This document shows, in pieces, positions 47,907 through 56,513 of a DNA stretch of 64,000 bases. The number at the start of each line of letters is the position of its first letter. Positions within the stretch are counted from its first letter, which is position 1. The notes beneath the pieces were generated by a model that was not told the origin of the DNA, did no database searches, and was given only the letters and a program-made list of their open reading frames with translations. Source of the stretch: a virus; IMG/VR virus record IMGVR_UViG_3300039183_000005, positions 32,001 through 96,000 of that record. One strand, given 5' to 3'. The translations under genes were made by a program, and so were the position numbers.

Positions 47907-48669
47907 CTTGGTTGCCCCTACGTTGAGATGTAATTTGTTTTGCCATCATTTCGCATTGAGCAATAGACTGTGATGTGGCTTGGTCTACTTCTGTTACTAT
48001 ATTATGATGTAATGGTGCCGGAATGTGATAAATTAATCCGATTTCAGATATTCTGAGTAGCAATTCATAATCATATCGGAATTGCATTTGTTCATTAAAA
48101 CCACTTTTAAGTTTTGGAAATATTTGCGGTCGCACAAAAAAATTCATATCATATGGAAAATTGGTTAACAATCTTTGCATATCAAATGAACATCTGAAAA
48201 CTCTTTCTTCCCTTCCATCTGGATAGTGATTATCACAATCACTAACAACACAAGCGATAGCCGGTTGCTGGCTACAAACATAAATAGCCTGAGATATTTT
48301 GTCCGGTGTATACCAACTTGTTGGGTCCATAAAACCAAATAGTGTTATACCTTGCCACTTCATTTGTAGAGCAATATTTAATGTATGACCAATTGTGCTA
48401 AGTTGTTTCCTAAAAATTCTTATTGGTACTCCATCTAATTCGCCATCAAATTGTGGTGGTAAACCAGTTTTGTCGTCAATTGTGATTGGTTTGGCATCTA
48501 GCAGTTTACACAATACGTCGTATGTATTATCTGTGCTATCGTTGTCGCCCACAATAATTTGGTCGGCTGGACGGATACTTTTCGTTACCGATCTAATTGC
48601 TCTTTCTATCGTCGTTGCATTATTATGAGTAGCTATGATTATACAAACCTTTTCTTTATCTTTTATCAT
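47899..48669 (-). CDS. glycosyltransferase family 2
   Basis: IIIATHNNATTIERAIRSV, IIVGDNDSTDNT, DYELLLRI. Confidence 0.85.
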   Translation of the reverse strand: MIKDKEKVCIIIATHNNATTIERAIRSVTKSIRPADQIIVGDNDSTDNTYDVLCKLLDAKPITIDDKTGLPPQFDGELDGVPIRIFRKQLSTIGHTLNIALQMKWQGITLFGFMDPTSWYTPDKISQAIYVCSQQPAIACVVSDCDNHYPDGREERVFRCSFDMQRLLTNFPYDMNFFVRPQIFPKLKSGFNEQMQFRYDYELLLRISEIGLIYHIPAPLHHNIVTEVDQATSQSIAQCEMMAKQITSQRRGNQGG

Positions 48670-49430
48670 ACCAGCCATGACTCCGCAAACAACCAGGAAA
48701 GACCCATACCAGTTTCTTCTTCTTCTATCCATAGTCTTTGTGTAAAAGATTCTTTTATTGGAGATTTCATCAATTCTTTGTATGGCATGGTAATGAATAA
48801 TCCATAATTAAGTTCTTGTGGTATAGTAGCTGTTGAACCGATCGCAAACGGAAAAGTCCAGTGAATAACACGACTAGAAACATGTTGAACCTTCCTGGCC
48901 AGTGTATGAAGATTAAATAATGTATTTCCAGCAGAAATTGCCATAAAAAATGGAGACTTAACCTGTTTGGAAACTCTTCGCAAAGTATCTCCACGTTGAT
49001 CAATAGTCTCGTGTTCACTACTGCTATCCACTACTGTTTGGATCGAATGCTTTTTGGCTTGTAAATATTGAAGTGCTAAATTTTTTCTTTCACCAAAACC
49101 AGTAGTATCCATAATAATAACTTTTTTGGCATATGGACGATACCAATTTGGACCCAATGTTTTCTCTAAGTCTCCTGCGGTGTTATGAGCTTCATCAAAA
49201 AATACCAATAAATCAAATCTCAACGCCATTTCGTCGATTACTTTCTCGTGTAATTGAGACATATCGGCAGTATTCTGTTTTTTAGCCCACTTGCGACTTC
49301 TGCACATTCGACAATAACCAGGAGCGAATACACGACCATTCTTAGAAACGCATAATTGTTTTATTGCACAGCCTTTTCCTGTATCGTCACTAACGAAAAA
49401 ACAGCAACCTTCACAACCAGTTGTTATCAT
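48666..49430 (-). CDS. hypothetical protein, Cys-rich N-terminus plus divergent GT-A-like domain
   Basis: CEGC..C..C..CRMC; cluster context. Confidence 0.4.
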   Translation of the reverse strand: MITTGCEGCCFFVSDDTGKGCAIKQLCVSKNGRVFAPGYCRMCRSRKWAKKQNTADMSQLHEKVIDEMALRFDLLVFFDEAHNTAGDLEKTLGPNWYRPYAKKVIIMDTTGFGERKNLALQYLQAKKHSIQTVVDSSSEHETIDQRGDTLRRVSKQVKSPFFMAISAGNTLFNLHTLARKVQHVSSRVIHWTFPFAIGSTATIPQELNYGLFITMPYKELMKSPIKESFTQRLWIEEEETGMGLSWLFAESWLV

Positions 49431-49897
49431 TTTATTGCCTCTACATAAATTGCCACACCTTCGTAACGTTTAAGAGTTATCGTTAATCCGATTTCTTGTA
49501 ATAAATCCACTAATGTCATTGCGTCAATAACGGATATCCTAGAATCAACGCCCTCTTGTGTTCCGAAAATCATTTGTGAATATTCTGATAAATTGAATTG
49601 TCCTTGAGAAAAGGCTTTGGCTATAGCGTAACAATCCGGCACTAGTATTTTAAGTATACCACCTGCGACTAATTTCTGTGACCAATTTGTTAGGGTTCGT
49701 CTAATCGCTTTTATGGGCAAATATTCAAGACAATCTATAGCTAAAATTTCGTTAACAGTTTCATACTCAGTTAACCAATCTAGCGTCTGTATATCTCCTT
49801 GTCGATATATTTCCGGTGGTACCTGACCAGGAGGCAAACGGTCGATATTTATATATCCTGATCTAATGTCGTTGCCGCAGCCCAAGTTTAACTTCAT
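49427..49897 (-). CDS. class I SAM-dependent methyltransferase
   Basis: MKLNLGCG...GYINID, CLEYL, L..GG.LKILVPD. Confidence 0.85.
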   Translation of the reverse strand: MKLNLGCGNDIRSGYINIDRLPPGQVPPEIYRQGDIQTLDWLTEYETVNEILAIDCLEYLPIKAIRRTLTNWSQKLVAGGILKILVPDCYAIAKAFSQGQFNLSEYSQMIFGTQEGVDSRISVIDAMTLVDLLQEIGLTITLKRYEGVAIYVEAIK

Positions 49898-49907
49898 TAT
49901 TTATCTC

Positions 49908-50927
49908 CTATACCCAACGACCTGCTGGACATTTTGCCACTTTCCAAAATACCCTGTTCCACTCATCAAGAAACTTTTGTTGACCGAAATTTTTCAATAT
50001 TGTTTTCCTACCGGCAGCACCAATTTCGCGAGCCATATCTTGATCTGCTATTAATTCTTGAAGTCTTTCTTTCATGGTTATTGGATCATTGGTTATAAAA
50101 CCATTAATACCATCCTCGATAAATTCTGGCATTGCAGTAGTTGCTGTCGTAACAATAGGACATCCCACAGACATAGCTTCTAGTAAGCTGAATGGAGTTG
50201 TCGACCATAAAGTTGTATTCAGAAAAACCGAAGCATGACGATAAAGTTCCCTTAGATGATCAACGTTATCGGCATTTTTTGAAAATCCAGGACTATCTCC
50301 CCATGGATTTGTTGCCAAGCCATTTGTCACTTCCTGATATAGGTCAAATCCGCAAATTCTGTTTCTTTGTGGGTAATTCCACACAGCAGTCATGACTTTA
50401 CCATCGCCACCAATCCATCCATTCCAGTAGTCAGTTTGCATACCGTGCTTTATAACCGTAATATTTGGATCATTTAAATCACGGAACCATGCTCCAACAC
50501 TGAAATCGGCCATGAAAATGTCATGATCGCACGGTAAACTTCCTATTCGTTTTATGGTTTCATCATCCCAATCTGGCCACGGTAAAGTATGTTGAGCACA
50601 TAATAGTGGACAATTAAGTTGCTGTGATAATTGAACCATTATTGGATAATGATCAATTGAATTCTGAGAAAGTACCAAATCAAAGGCGATATCAATTTTT
50701 AGTTGATCGCGGATATCTTGACCTTGCAAGACAAAGAAATTAGGTGGTAATTTTCGTTCGCTAGAATTCCATCGATGGAATTTGGGATGTTGTAAAACAT
50801 AAAAATTATGGCCTGTTTCGGCTAATGTTGCACTGTACCCCTCGTGATTGTTGGCATATAGAATATTTAGGGGACGTTTGGGGTCGCGATTAATACTTCT
50901 CAAAGCTGTGGAAAGCGGTGCGGTCAT
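49908..50927 (-). CDS. glycosyltransferase family 4
   Basis: VFLNTT...PFSLLEAMSVGCPIV...IEDGINGF. Confidence 0.9.
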   Translation of the reverse strand: MTAPLSTALRSINRDPKRPLNILYANNHEGYSATLAETGHNFYVLQHPKFHRWNSSERKLPPNFFVLQGQDIRDQLKIDIAFDLVLSQNSIDHYPIMVQLSQQLNCPLLCAQHTLPWPDWDDETIKRIGSLPCDHDIFMADFSVGAWFRDLNDPNITVIKHGMQTDYWNGWIGGDGKVMTAVWNYPQRNRICGFDLYQEVTNGLATNPWGDSPGFSKNADNVDHLRELYRHASVFLNTTLWSTTPFSLLEAMSVGCPIVTTATTAMPEFIEDGINGFITNDPITMKERLQELIADQDMAREIGAAGRKTILKNFGQQKFLDEWNRVFWKVAKCPAGRWV

Positions 50928-51112
50928 TATTCGTTCTCCCTTGGTCGTCCATGACATATAGCACGATCTGCATTGCATTGAGCACAAACATCACGACCAG
51001 CTTTTGTTTCTGAATAAATTAATGGACCAGCTATTTCTGGTGGAAGTGTACATGTTTCGGGCACATATCCTTGTTGTATCATCAATTTTTTACCTAATTT
51101 TCCCCTAAACAT
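50927..51112 (-). CDS. small Cys-containing hypothetical protein
   Basis: TAATG-coupled; CAQCNADRAIC. Confidence 0.55.
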   Translation of the reverse strand: MFRGKLGKKLMIQQGYVPETCTLPPEIAGPLIYSETKAGRDVCAQCNADRAICHGRPRENE

Positions 51113-51357
51113 TATGATGTTCCTGTAATTTCTTTTAATTCTATATCATTTAAAGCCAATTGTAAATCAATTACCATCGCCATTAAAGATACAATCTCTT
51201 TATCTTTATCTGAATTAATACCACCATGAATCAGTCTTTTGGCTTGATTAGTTTTGACGCCATTAATATGCCAATAATCTCTAAGTGTTTGCAAAGCTTC
51301 ATCTTGAAGTCTAGTCATTCTCACTTTTTTCTCTAATTCTGTCATCATACTCTCCAC
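51112..51357 (-). CDS. hypothetical protein, paralog of 16066..16305
   Basis: Alignable along full length. Confidence 0.7.
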   Translation of the reverse strand: MESMMTELEKKVRMTRLQDEALQTLRDYWHINGVKTNQAKRLIHGGINSDKDKEIVSLMAMVIDLQLALNDIELKEITGTS

Positions 51358-51360
51358 AAA

Positions 51361-52536
51361 TTATATCAAGTATTTTTTGGCTATTTGTCCAACCTTGTCA
51401 TAGCTAAATTCTGCTACACGTTTTTTAGCAGCTTCTCCCTTAATATGCAATTTTCCGTCTTGCCATTCAGAATACGCCTGCTTCATACAATAAATTAAAT
51501 GTTCTATATCTGGATCGTACCAATATTCATCCCCAGTATATAAATCTGGGAACGAATCAGTCATGCCGAAACAGGGCGTCAATTGGCCCCTTATCAGCCA
51601 TCCACAGTTAACCTCTCCGGGATATTTGAACATATGTTTTTTGGGTTCCCAATATCTAAATGCTTGTGGATAAGTAAGTTCTGGAAAATAACCCCAGTTG
51701 CTCAAAATTACCGGATTTCCAAATCCAAGACTATCAAATGCCCCTAATCCAATTGCCTCACCATGGCTGGCCGAAACAAAAACATCACACGCACGATGAA
51801 GCTGATCAAGCTTTTGATCTGGTAGAAAATCCGTGATACACACTACTGGAGGATAATGTGGATGCTTAGCATATATATGTAGTGATTTTTTCACATCTTC
51901 AATTGTTGTTTTTAATATGTTAGTCACTTCGTCTGACGTTTTGCTTGGAATATGTACCTTTAGCACAAGGGCAACATCATCTCTAATACTGAATGCTGAA
52001 TAGAATGCTCTTAAAATTGCTACAACATTTTTCCTACGATTCATTTCTCCAATAGTATAAAATACGCACTTATTTTTGAGTTGTGGTATAGATAATGGTT
52101 CTGGAGCATTATCAAACCTGGCGGTGTCACATGAACATGGAAATATTTTAACGGGTACATTTACATCACTGTCCTTGACAGCTTGCGCATTTTGTATCGA
52201 TGGTACCCATATCTCATCCATAAGATTGCAACAATGGCTCCAGTTTGATCTTTTAAAATTTGTAGTTTCGCAACAAAACAAACCTATATTTCTTACTCCG
52301 AATTTATATTCAAACATATGTGGAAGCACATGCTGTATAACTACATCAACATTATCAGTATCTTTGTTTTCAAGATGTTCTACTTTCCGTGCTAATTCGT
52401 TATTTCTGGATTGAGATAATCTAACAGCACGCGATACAACATTAATATCACCCGCCTCAAGTGCCAACATATTATGTACGGCTTGATTAGAATATCCAGT
52501 ACCGTCGCGAAGTGGTGAAATATAGCATATTTTCAT
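51361..52536 (-). CDS. glycosyltransferase family 4
   Basis: TGYS, RKN, CDVFVSASHGEAIGL. Confidence 0.9.
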   Translation of the reverse strand: MKICYISPLRDGTGYSNQAVHNMLALEAGDINVVSRAVRLSQSRNNELARKVEHLENKDTDNVDVVIQHVLPHMFEYKFGVRNIGLFCCETTNFKRSNWSHCCNLMDEIWVPSIQNAQAVKDSDVNVPVKIFPCSCDTARFDNAPEPLSIPQLKNKCVFYTIGEMNRRKNVVAILRAFYSAFSIRDDVALVLKVHIPSKTSDEVTNILKTTIEDVKKSLHIYAKHPHYPPVVCITDFLPDQKLDQLHRACDVFVSASHGEAIGLGAFDSLGFGNPVILSNWGYFPELTYPQAFRYWEPKKHMFKYPGEVNCGWLIRGQLTPCFGMTDSFPDLYTGDEYWYDPDIEHLIYCMKQAYSEWQDGKLHIKGEAAKKRVAEFSYDKVGQIAKKYLI

Positions 52537-55431
52537 TTAAATCACCGTCACATTTACTTGGTCTAGGACTTCACGCTTTAGTGATGCGAGTCGTTTTTCT
52601 TCCATTATATTCGCTTGGTGAACCATCTCCATAAAATGTTCAACAAATGCTTTTCGATCAAATGGTACACGACGATCACCAACAGTTTTCGATCCGCTAT
52701 TAAGTGATTTTAACCATTCACCGGCAAAATGCGTTTGTAACATATCGGGTCGATTCCAAACTTTACCAATAACCCAGTTTACAAATTCGCTATTGTTCAT
52801 ATTGTTATTTGGCGGAACTAAATTCGGACGATGAATACGAGGTGTCGGACATAACCAAGTAGTTTTCTGATCTTTAATGGGTGTTTCACGTATTACTTGA
52901 CCCCAAATTGCTGCTGTTCTTTCCCACCCACGACGACGCATTGGTTGGTCTTGTCCGTATGTCGGCACTAATTCTTCAGCGTATGCTCTTGTTCGTTTAG
53001 ATTTTTCCCCCCTAACAGTTTCATTTTGTTTAAGAAATTTATCTAATTTATTAGCAAAATCAATATTGCTAGGGAGAGCACGTTTTTGTTCTGTTTCTAT
53101 GATTGCCTCCCAGAAAAAACGTTCTACATCAATTGGGATACTTGTGGGACATTGAAAATAATCTTCCATAGCCGAATATTTTGGTGCAGCGACAGGAACA
53201 CCACAAGCCATTGCTTCCCAAGCTGGCATACCTGCTCCTTCGCAATTGTGCTGTAATCCTTCAAGTGTTACGTAATGATGATCATCCTCTACGTCTATAT
53301 TAACAACTTCACCACTAAAATCACTTTTTTCGCATGATTCAATTTTTACAAAAACAAATCCATCTTTATACAGGGTTTCGTGTGATTTCCGTTGTCCATC
53401 TATTCTTATTTCAAAACGATACATTGGTAATCTATTATCTCGATACGTTATAGAACAATTATAGTACCAACCAATTTTTTCTAATATTGGACCCAATAAT
53501 TTAGCAATATGCAAAGATGTTGTACTATATGTGTTGGTCCATGGTCGCTTTTTATTTTTTTGGGAACCATCTCCAGCTATCAATCCCCTTATAAGTGCTT
53601 CTTGTAATCCAGTGGGCCACAAATGGCATCCATACGGTAATTGCTTTGTATTATCCTTGTGATATAGCAGTGGTCTAAGCTGTTTCGTAAAGTCGACACT
53701 ATTAATATCAACATCCTTAGCATTTCTACCATGTTTAGTACAATCCCTAATACATCTCCGCTTTCCCATTTTATTTGCAATTTTTTGTATTTTTTCTAAA
53801 TTGATATTATCACTACCATGTAGAGTAATACGATTGTTGCCATTGCTAATATTAGCCTTGCCGTCAGCCGCAAATAATCCCAAATAGTACGCCATATCTT
53901 CATCTAAAAATGGTAGATCATAATTTGGTATAATTTCTTCTGTTGGTATGCGATTGACTAATAAATCACCTGGCTGCAATTCATCTGTTCTTTTGTATAT
54001 AAATGTGAGTTCAGGACAAGTAAATTCAGTACCGACCTGCACAGATGGAATATTTTCGAAACCAAACTCATTGGCTATTGGAACAACGATTTGTTGCTCA
54101 ATGCGGTCGGAGATACGATTGTGAAAATTTTGCATTTCTGCACTAACCATATTTTTGTTTTGATGATAATGTTCTCTGTTAACAATACTTTCTATTCCTT
54201 TGGATAGTCCAGTTCTATCTACAACCAGCCATGGATGATTATCCGTTGCCGTAATTGACCACGGTCTTCCCTTAATTTTTACATCGAAACATTTGTCGGA
54301 TGGATTTCTCATAGTCTTATAAACACGATGTAATTTACCATCCTTGCCGACAACCATATTGCCCACTTGAATATCGCCAATCGCTTCCCATCCATCCGAA
54401 GTCATAATGGGTGTGTCAGGATGCAAACAGATAGAATATTGAACGTATAGATCAAACGTTTTCATAATATCTGCTAACACATTACGTGGACATGAATGAT
54501 TTGCATTCGGTGGATGAGCAGCCAATTTTCCACATTTACGACAAACCATCATTTCACCATTGAAAAATGATGGATAGGCAGTTTGACAATTGCTACACAA
54601 ATAAGTCATAATGACCTTATTGCCAATTTTGAAATCGCGAATAGCTTTTCCTATGTCGTATCCGACATCTGGATAGCTAGTGTGAAGATAAAGGAATGTT
54701 CGTTTTGCTAATTCTAAGTGCCCCTTGGTTTTGGATTGATGGAGCCACATCGAAAATGCTTCTATTAAATCATAATACAGCTTGCGCTTTTGGTTTCGCA
54801 TGACCGTACCGACAATTAAAGAATTTGGATCAATTCCCAATCTGGCTTTATGATCCCTTTTATTTTCTGGCGGTTTAAACATTTCAAGATCAACACCAGG
54901 AGATGCTATCGTAACAAGATTTGTTCCTCGTCTGCCAGTTCTCTTTAGTAAATCCATACCATATTCAGAATATGTGAGAACACGATCGCATCGTTTATAT
55001 GTATCTAACCACAATTCTCTTTCGGGTTCTCCATCAATTGTCGGCATCCAAATAAATTTAAAATTATTGCGCAATGGCGAACGTTCAATAAATTCATCCA
55101 TCCACCAATCTCGGATCGAACAAACAATATCAGGCTTGAAATCCAAACATACATCATCAAATTTTGCTTCACCAAACTGATTTGTTGGGCTAGACATATA
55201 TTGCTGCATAGCCGCTTGATTGCTTCGAGCAGGTGCTACTGGATAAAATTTCCACGGAACTTGTTGGCAACGTGGATCATCATCGTGCGCGTAAGACCCC
55301 ATCTCAGCGCATAAAAATTCTCCAGTCGCATGTAATCGGCTAATTACTTCATTTAAATACGTGCTGAAACCAGTAGCAAGAAAACTCGCCTCACCGGTGA
55401 ATAAAACTCTACGCTTGCGATTAGACTCCAT
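52537..55431 (-). CDS. glycosyltransferase family 4 with zinc ribbon and intein
   Basis: TGFS, VMRNQKRK, DLYVQYSI/[intein]/CEGAGMPAWEAMACG; CSNC...CRKC. Confidence 0.9.
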   Translation of the reverse strand: MESNRKRRVLFTGEASFLATGFSTYLNEVISRLHATGEFLCAEMGSYAHDDDPRCQQVPWKFYPVAPARSNQAAMQQYMSSPTNQFGEAKFDDVCLDFKPDIVCSIRDWWMDEFIERSPLRNNFKFIWMPTIDGEPERELWLDTYKRCDRVLTYSEYGMDLLKRTGRRGTNLVTIASPGVDLEMFKPPENKRDHKARLGIDPNSLIVGTVMRNQKRKLYYDLIEAFSMWLHQSKTKGHLELAKRTFLYLHTSYPDVGYDIGKAIRDFKIGNKVIMTYLCSNCQTAYPSFFNGEMMVCRKCGKLAAHPPNANHSCPRNVLADIMKTFDLYVQYSICLHPDTPIMTSDGWEAIGDIQVGNMVVGKDGKLHRVYKTMRNPSDKCFDVKIKGRPWSITATDNHPWLVVDRTGLSKGIESIVNREHYHQNKNMVSAEMQNFHNRISDRIEQQIVVPIANEFGFENIPSVQVGTEFTCPELTFIYKRTDELQPGDLLVNRIPTEEIIPNYDLPFLDEDMAYYLGLFAADGKANISNGNNRITLHGSDNINLEKIQKIANKMGKRRCIRDCTKHGRNAKDVDINSVDFTKQLRPLLYHKDNTKQLPYGCHLWPTGLQEALIRGLIAGDGSQKNKKRPWTNTYSTTSLHIAKLLGPILEKIGWYYNCSITYRDNRLPMYRFEIRIDGQRKSHETLYKDGFVFVKIESCEKSDFSGEVVNIDVEDDHHYVTLEGLQHNCEGAGMPAWEAMACGVPVAAPKYSAMEDYFQCPTSIPIDVERFFWEAIIETEQKRALPSNIDFANKLDKFLKQNETVRGEKSKRTRAYAEELVPTYGQDQPMRRRGWERTAAIWGQVIRETPIKDQKTTWLCPTPRIHRPNLVPPNNNMNNSEFVNWVIGKVWNRPDMLQTHFAGEWLKSLNSGSKTVGDRRVPFDRKAFVEHFMEMVHQANIMEEKRLASLKREVLDQVNVTVI
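53245..54429 (-). mobile_element. intein with LAGLIDADG homing endonuclease (395 aa)
   Basis: N-terminal CLHPDT, block B ATDNHPW, YYLGLFAADG and LIRGLIAGDG, C-terminal VNIDV...QHN/C. Confidence 0.95.
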
Positions 55432-56008
55432 AATCACTCCGCATTAATTTAGGTCGTAAATTTTTAATCCTAGAATACCGTTGATTACGACTAAGTTCCA
55501 AATGTTCTAAATTTTCATCAAATTGTGCCTGTAAAAATTCTTTGTCTTCTGACGTAAGATCATCACATAACAAAAGATCATCAAAGACAAAAAATGGCTC
55601 AGATTCGTACGTAGGTTCTTGAAATAACATATGCCAAGGTTCGGTAAAAATAAGTCGGCGTAAATTAGCTAATTTCTCACTGGTGATATTCAATTCTTGA
55701 CATATCTCCTGTTCTGTCTTGCCTTCAGCCAATAATATTTCCAATTGATGAACTTTCTTTTTGATTCTACGTGGCGCAGATATAGTATACATAGCATCTA
55801 ATGCTGCATTTCTCATTGTATTTGCTATTGCTATAATTGCATATGCCTTTAAATTACGATGTTTTTGTTTCTTGCCACGAATCGTTGCTAATGTTAAATG
55901 CCCTATCTGTATGTAATCTTCTTCATTAGCGCAATTACTGGAATAAATAGCAGCAATTCTTTTTGCTAAGCAAACTATGAATTTATCTAAAGACTGCCAT
56001 CTTCCCAT
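55421..56008 (-). CDS. sigma70-family (FliA/SigB-like) sigma factor, divergent
   Basis: EEDYIQIGHLTL (region 2.2-like), LKAYAIIAIANTMRNA, ISAPRR, EQEICQELNIT (region 3-like), reduced region 4. Confidence 0.65.
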   Translation of the reverse strand: MGRWQSLDKFIVCLAKRIAAIYSSNCANEEDYIQIGHLTLATIRGKKQKHRNLKAYAIIAIANTMRNAALDAMYTISAPRRIKKKVHQLEILLAEGKTEQEICQELNITSEKLANLRRLIFTEPWHMLFQEPTYESEPFFVFDDLLLCDDLTSEDKEFLQAQFDENLEHLELSRNQRYSRIKNLRPKLMRSDYGV

Positions 56009-56021
56009 TAATGTTCATTTC

Positions 56022-56438
56022 TTAAAACGGAATATCATCATTATCGACAGGAGGCGGCGCTGACATAGTATTAGTAGTTGACGATTTTGATTCGCCAGAT
56101 TTCTTCTTTCCATTCTTTTCGCACAATTGAAAATCTCGAATAGTTACGGAATATGCTACTCGCTTCTGACCATCCTTTTCCCATGAATCCTGCTTCATAT
56201 ATCCGCATACATAAATCGGCTGACCCTTCTTAACCAACTCCATCATTTTTTCAGCACGAGTACCCCAAACTTGAGCGCGTAAAAAACATGCCTCCTGTTG
56301 CCATTTTTGATCCCTATCCTGATAACTCCGATTGAATGCCAAATTAACGGTACACACAGATGTCCCATTCTGTCCAACACTTCTTAGTTCTGGGTCTGCC
56401 GTTGCGACACCCACACCAAATACACCTAATTCTGCCAT
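56022..56438 (-). CDS. ssb: single-stranded DNA-binding protein
   Basis: DPELR, LAFNR, WG..AE, KKG..IYV.G, C-terminal DDIPF. Confidence 0.95.
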   Translation of the reverse strand: MAELGVFGVGVATADPELRSVGQNGTSVCTVNLAFNRSYQDRDQKWQQEACFLRAQVWGTRAEKMMELVKKGQPIYVCGYMKQDSWEKDGQKRVAYSVTIRDFQLCEKNGKKKSGESKSSTTNTMSAPPPVDNDDIPF

Positions 56439-56478
56439 TTTATTATCCTTTACACAAGTAGACTGACCAATTCTTCTT

Positions 56479-56507
56479 ATTATACGTTAAAGTCTAATAT
56501 TTGTTTC
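56479..56507 (-). promoter_or_regulatory. GAAACA-N16-GTATAAT promoter for ssb
   Basis: Recurrent bipartite motif in intergenic gap. Confidence 0.65.
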
Positions 56508-56513
56508 ATAAAA

